This document shows positions 6,680 to 10,483 of a stretch of 10,483 bases of DNA, one piece after another. The notes under the pieces were generated by a model. That model made no database searches, was not told the origin of the DNA, and saw nothing but the letters and a program-made list of their open reading frames with translations. Source of the stretch: Candidatus Woesearchaeota archaeon (lineage in GTDB: Archaea; Nanobdellota; Nanobdellia; SCGC-AAA011-G17; GW2011-AR18); NCBI GenBank assembly GCA_964497265.1, contig CAZCCK010000028.1, forward strand, positions 1-10,483. Direction: 5' to 3'. Within the stretch, counting starts at the first letter, position 1. Each line of letters opens with the position of its first letter. Both the position numbers and the translations under genes were made by a program.

Positions 6680-7454
6680 GATCAAATTGACGCAGCTGGT
6701 GTTGCTGGCCGGTGTGCTCGGCACCTGGCAATTCTGTGCCGCGCGCGGTTTCATTGATCCCTTCTTCTTCCCCAGCCCGATCGGCATTGTGGAACGCTTG
6801 GGGGACTGGTTTTCCGCTCCTCAGATCTGGTCGGACCTGGCCATCACGTTGCTTGAAACGGCGCTGTCGTTTGTGTTTGGTATTGGCGGCGGCATTGTGC
6901 TTGGCCTGTGGCTTGGCCTCTCGCCGTATCCGGCGGCCGTACTCAGTCCCTTCATCAAGGTGTTTAACGCCATCCCGCGAGTGCTGCTCGCACCGATCTA
7001 CGTGCTGTGGTTCGGGCTCGGCTTGTCGTCCAAAGTCGCACTCGGGCTGACGCTGGTATTTTTCGTCGCCTTTTTCAATACCTTGCAAGGGGTGCGTGAA
7101 GTCAATCCGGTAGTGCTGGCCAACGCGCGTCTGCTCCGTGCCAGCAAGCTGGCCCTGCTGAAACATGTCTACCTGCCCTCCGCAGCCAGTTGGATCACGT
7201 CCAGTTTGCGGGTATCGGTCGGCTTGGCGGTGATGGGGGCGGTGGTGGCCGAGTATCTCGGCTCTTCGGCCGGCCTGGGGCACATGATCGCCCAATCCGA
7301 AGGCGTGATGGATGCCATCGGCGTGTTCGCCGGGCTGGTGCTGTTGTCTGCCTTCGTGGTGGCGCTCGACGCGCTGGTCGACCGGCTGGAGAAACGCCTG
7401 CTGGTCTGGCGCCCACAGCACAGCGATGAAGAAGCAGCCCTGGCCGCGCATTGA
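6663..7454 (+). CDS. ABC transporter permease, NitT/TauT (SsuC/TauC-like) family
   Basis: 263 aa from MKRKHKIKLTQLVLLAGVLGTW. Multiple TM segments with a BPD_transp_1-like core. GAGGAGA SD. The start overlaps the ATPase 3' end by 17 nt. The ORF-track N-terminal 61 aa lie inside the ATPase gene. Confidence 0.92.
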   Translation: MKRKHKIKLTQLVLLAGVLGTWQFCAARGFIDPFFFPSPIGIVERLGDWFSAPQIWSDLAITLLETALSFVFGIGGGIVLGLWLGLSPYPAAVLSPFIKVFNAIPRVLLAPIYVLWFGLGLSSKVALGLTLVFFVAFFNTLQGVREVNPVVLANARLLRASKLALLKHVYLPSAASWITSSLRVSVGLAVMGAVVAEYLGSSAGLGHMIAQSEGVMDAIGVFAGLVLLSAFVVALDALVDRLEKRLLVWRPQHSDEEAALAAH

Positions 7455-7477
7455 ATATAACGATAGAGGAGAACACC

Positions 7478-8503
7478 ATGTTGAAATCCATCATCCATCA
7501 GCTGGCCGCTTGTGCGTTAGCCGCGCTGGCCGCGGTTCCCGCCTGGTCAGCTGCCCCGGAAAAGCCGGCCCTGAAACTGGCGGTCGGCTCGTCCATCCTG
7601 GGATACGCACCGGTGCCACTGGCCGCCAGCCTGGGGCATTTCAAGGCCGAAGGACTTGACGTCACGCTGGAGAATTTCCAGGCTGGCGGCAGCAAAGCCC
7701 TTCAAGCGCTGGTTGGAGGCTCGGTGGACGTCGTGGTTGGATCGTTCGACCACACGATACAGATGCAGGCCAAGGGCAAAGATATTGTCGGCGTGTTTCT
7801 GCTGAATGAGGTGCCAGGTATCGTGTTCGATGTCCGGGCCGATCTGGCTGGCAAGGTCAACAGCCTGAAAGATTTGAAGGGCATGCGCATCGGGGTCACC
7901 ACCCCCGGCTCCTCAACCGACATGATTGCTCGCTACGTAATGGCCCGCGCGGGCCTGAACGATCGCGACGTCTCGTTCATCGGCGTTGGTTCCGGCGCGC
8001 CTGGCATGGTCGCGCTGGAGGCAAAGAACGTCGATGCGCTGCTGTCCTACGATCCGGTCGCCACCCAGTTGGCGCGCAAAGGCAGCATCAAGCGCATGTT
8101 CGACGCGCGCACCGCGGCAGGATCGAAGGCCGCCTTCAATGGCGAGTATCCCTTTGCCTGCGTGTATGTGACAAGGGAATTCATTAACAAGTATCCGGAA
8201 ACGGTACAGCGTATTGCCAACGCCTTCCTGCGCACGGTGCGCTGGATCGATCAAGCCAACCCCAAGGTCATCGTCGACACGCTGCCACCCAGTTCCAAGT
8301 TGGGTGACGCGACGCTGAACGAGGCGATCTGGGCGGCCTCGAAGGGCATGTTTTCCAAGACTGGCTTATTCAACGCAGAGGCCGTAAAGACGCCGCTGGC
8401 GGTGCTGAGTTCCTATGACTCCGCGGTTGCCCGCGCCAATGTCGATTTGAGCCGGACCTACACCAACCGCTACGCGGAAGAGGCGACACGCCGTGTGAAG
8501 TAA
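7478..8503 (+). CDS. Periplasmic substrate-binding protein, NMT1/SsuA-like (NitT/TauT family)
   Basis: 341 aa from MLKSIIHQLAACALAALAAVPAWSA (signal peptide). GAGGAGA SD 7 nt upstream. The body (LKLAVGSS..GYAPVPLA..GLDV..FQ.GG..ALVGGSVD..) is typical of this SBP class. Confidence 0.92.
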   Translation: MLKSIIHQLAACALAALAAVPAWSAAPEKPALKLAVGSSILGYAPVPLAASLGHFKAEGLDVTLENFQAGGSKALQALVGGSVDVVVGSFDHTIQMQAKGKDIVGVFLLNEVPGIVFDVRADLAGKVNSLKDLKGMRIGVTTPGSSTDMIARYVMARAGLNDRDVSFIGVGSGAPGMVALEAKNVDALLSYDPVATQLARKGSIKRMFDARTAAGSKAAFNGEYPFACVYVTREFINKYPETVQRIANAFLRTVRWIDQANPKVIVDTLPPSSKLGDATLNEAIWAASKGMFSKTGLFNAEAVKTPLAVLSSYDSAVARANVDLSRTYTNRYAEEATRRVK

Positions 8504-8550
8504 CGCCGTCAGCAATACCACCAGAACACTAATCAATAAGGAAGAGACAA

Positions 8551-9660
8551 ATGAACCCTATCCCTACTCGTCGTATCGCATTCCGCACGCTGCAAGGCAG
8601 GCTGAACCTCGGACTGTACTGTGGGCTATTGGCGCTGGGATGCGCCGGCAGCGCCAGCGCACAGTCGAGCGTCGATGTGTACGGCTTGCTGGACCTGAAT
8701 TTTGGCACCACCAGCGACTTCGTTGCAGATCATCACAGCGTTACCCGTGTCAGTTCTGGCGGCATGAATACGTCACGCCTGGGTTTTCGGGGCAGTGAAG
8801 ACCTCGGAGGCGGTTTGCATGCGGTATTCCAGCTGGAGTCTGGCCTGCAGGCGGACACCGGTGTGGCAGATAGCCCGTTGTTCAAACGCCAGGCTAACGT
8901 CGGCCTGGAAGGAACGCTGGGACGCATCGTGATCGGCCGCTCGTTCACCACCGTGTACGACTTCATGATCAAGTACGATCCGATGGGGTACGCGCCATTC
9001 TATTCATGGGCGCCATCCGGAAGCAGCGCGGGCGCCAGCAAATACGGTATGGCTACCGCGTTCGACAACATGATCAAGTACGCGGGAAAGGTGGGTGACT
9101 TCAGCGTAGGCGCATCCTATGGCGCAGGCGAGCAGGCTGGCAGCACGGCCGATGGCGCCAAGGCGTCGCTTGGCGTGGACTACACGGCAGGTCCCTGGTC
9201 CGCGGTGACCACATGGGAGCGGATCAACGGCACAACAGTGGCCACCGCTGGCCAACGCGATGTCACCACCGCCTGGCACGTCGGGGCCATGTACAACGCG
9301 GGACCGCTCAAGCTTCAGCTGGCAGCGCGCGACTATCGGCTGGCTGCCGGCAAGCCGGCCACGCCGACGATCCGCGCAACGCTGTACTGGGCGGGCGCCA
9401 GTTATTTGCTGACGCCAGTCGATACGTTGACCGGTGCCGTCTACTATCAGGATATACGCAACGTGGCAGCGGCCGCCGACGCCGATCCGGTGCTGTATGT
9501 TGCCCGCCTGCGCCACGCGCTGTCCAAGCGCACCGACCTGTACCTGACTGCGGCATATGCCAAGTCCAAGCATGGCAAGCCGGTCAGTATATCGCGGGAC
9601 GATCCCGGTTTCGGCGACACCCAGCATGGCCTGGTGGCAGGCATCCAGCATCGATTCTGA
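8551..9660 (+). CDS. Outer-membrane general/substrate porin (Gram-negative Porin_4 family)
   Basis: 369 aa. After ASA/QSSVDVYGLLDLNFG it has alternating beta-strand patterns, a GFRGSEDLGGGL motif, FKRQANVGLEG, and a C-terminal ...GIQHRF ending in Phe. GGAAGAGA SD. Confidence 0.93.
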   Translation: MNPIPTRRIAFRTLQGRLNLGLYCGLLALGCAGSASAQSSVDVYGLLDLNFGTTSDFVADHHSVTRVSSGGMNTSRLGFRGSEDLGGGLHAVFQLESGLQADTGVADSPLFKRQANVGLEGTLGRIVIGRSFTTVYDFMIKYDPMGYAPFYSWAPSGSSAGASKYGMATAFDNMIKYAGKVGDFSVGASYGAGEQAGSTADGAKASLGVDYTAGPWSAVTTWERINGTTVATAGQRDVTTAWHVGAMYNAGPLKLQLAARDYRLAAGKPATPTIRATLYWAGASYLLTPVDTLTGAVYYQDIRNVAAAADADPVLYVARLRHALSKRTDLYLTAAYAKSKHGKPVSISRDDPGFGDTQHGLVAGIQHRF

Positions 9661-9670
9661 GGAGATGATT

Positions 9671-10129
9671 ATGTGGAAAAAAATAGTACATGCAACGATG
9701 GTGGCCATCGGCTTCATTGCCGGCATTGCCAATGCCTCCGAGCATGGTACGGAGCAGGAAGCGGTCGCGATGGTGCAAAAGGTGGTCGCCCTGGTTGGCA
9801 CTGAAGGCAAGGACAAGGTAATCGCCGAGATCAATGCGGGACAGGGAAAATTCAGGGACCGCGACCTGTACGTATCGATCACCGACTTGCGCGCGCACAG
9901 CTTAGCCAACGGAGCCAATCAGAAATTGGTGGGAAAGGACTTACTGGAGTTGAAAGATGCCGATGGCAAGGCATTCATGCGCGAGCGCCTGGCGATGCTT
10001 AAGACGACAGACCGGGGTTGGATCGACTACAAATGGCCAAATCCCGTCAGCGGGAAGATTGATCGCAAGTTGCTATATTTCGAACGCGTCGGAGATGTCG
10101 TAGTCAGTTGCGGCATCTACAAGCAATAG
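9671..10129 (+). CDS. Secreted stand-alone single-Cache (sCache_2-like) domain protein
   Basis: 152 aa from MWKKIVHATMVAIGFIAGIANA/SEHG (signal peptide). Core DLYVSITD..AHSLANGANQKLVGKDLLELKDADGKAF...GWIDYKWPNPVSGKIDRKLLYFERVGDVVVSCGIYK is the Cache_2 signature. The GAGGAG SD overlaps the porin stop. There is no TM or output domain. Confidence 0.85.
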   Translation: MWKKIVHATMVAIGFIAGIANASEHGTEQEAVAMVQKVVALVGTEGKDKVIAEINAGQGKFRDRDLYVSITDLRAHSLANGANQKLVGKDLLELKDADGKAFMRERLAMLKTTDRGWIDYKWPNPVSGKIDRKLLYFERVGDVVVSCGIYKQ

Positions 10130-10139
10130 ATCATTTGCG

Positions 10140-10399
10140 CGATCTCTTCCAGAGCCGAGCGGGGCCAGGGTGTGGCGCTGCGCACAGTGGCGCTGGCCGG
10201 GACAGGCATCACCACCACGGTTTCGTTCATCGTGCATGAGGACTTGCGGCGCGGCGAGCTGGTGCGGGTGCTGCCCGACTATGCGATCCGCCCGCGCGAG
10301 CTGTATGTGCTGTATCCACACAACCGCCACCTGTCGCCCAAGGTCAGGGTGTTCGTGGAGTTTGCCGCCGAGCTGTACCGGTCGCGCGATTGGGATTAG
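10140..10399 (+). pseudogene. Truncated 3' remnant of a LysR-family regulator gene (C-terminal about 80 codons only)
   Basis: Reads ...GVALRTVALAGTGITTTVSFIVHEDLRRGELVRVLPDYAIRPRELYVLYPHNRHLSPKVRVFVEFAAELYRSRDWD*. This is the last part of a LysR substrate-binding domain. There is no HTH and no N-terminal two-thirds. The in-frame TAG of the Cache gene lies immediately upstream (10127-10129). The left boundary is approximate. Confidence 0.7.
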
Positions 10400-10400
10400 C
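10341..10400. repeat. Right copy of the direct repeat (partner 1-60)
   Basis: 58/60 identity to 1-60. It lies 10,340 bp from its partner, in the same orientation. Confidence 0.9.
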
Positions 10401-10483
10401 GGGCATTTTTCTGCGCGTCCATGTAATTGCGCAGCAAATGATTGATACGCTGCTGGTAATCGGGACCTTGCCGCTCGAACCAT
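10396..10483 (-). CDS. BrnA/DUF4415-like antitoxin, 3' end only (gene continues beyond the right edge)
   Basis: The minus frame from 10482 reads WFERQGPDYQQRINHLLRNYMDAQKNAR then TAA (10398-10396). W-F-x-x-Q-G-x-x-Y-Q-x-R-I-N-x-x-L-R-x-Y matches the BrnA C-terminal signature as I recall it. It is too short to appear in the ORF track. Its stop overlaps the LysR-remnant stop (TTAG). Confidence 0.5.
   Translation of the reverse strand, partial: WFERQGPDYQQRINHLLRNYMDAQKNAR

Noticed and set aside
8522-8527. CAGAAC operator half-site 24 nt upstream of the porin start.
   Set aside because: It is a single hexamer with no partner GTTCT at the 3- or 7-nt spacing and is compatible with chance. No promoter-like -35/-10 pair lies nearby.
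1-10483. Terminal repeat as an artefact of a circular contig or overlapping assembly ends. Also searched for CRISPR arrays, tRNA/rRNA genes, IS elements with inverted repeats, and integrase genes.
   Set aside because: The right repeat copy is 83 nt from the window end, has 2 mismatches, and the flanks diverge immediately, so it is not an end overlap. No spaced direct-repeat arrays, cloverleaf-like or rRNA-like segments, or transposase/integrase-like ORFs were seen in any frame.

Overview
GC-rich proteobacterial DNA; the Porin_4-type porin and overall gene content suggest Burkholderiales, but taxon is a guess. The core is a compact, apparently self-contained catabolic and uptake module under one IclR-family regulator. 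On the minus strand, an operon encodes an HMG-CoA-lyase-like DRE-TIM lyase, a family III (CaiB/BaiF) CoA-transferase, an ACS-family MFS anion permease and an Amidohydrolase_2 enzyme (4701 down to 163). The iclR gene lies directly upstream on the same strand. On the plus strand, a divergent operon encodes a NitT/TauT-type ABC importer (ATPase, permease, binding protein), an outer-membrane porin and a small secreted stand-alone Cache-domain protein (5828-10129). Both operons have near-consensus sigma70 promoters. All three transcription units carry the same three-half-site AGAAC/GTTCT operator arrangement just upstream of the Shine-Dalgarno sequence. The roughly 10.3 kb module is bracketed by a 58/60-identical direct repeat of the 3' end of a LysR-type regulator gene: the end of a gene at 1-59 and a truncated remnant at about 10140-10399. 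Pieces of a BrnA/DUF4415-like antitoxin gene lie next to both copies. No integrase, transposase, tRNA, rRNA or CRISPR array was seen. The long ORFs antisense to the real genes are GC-driven shadow ORFs.
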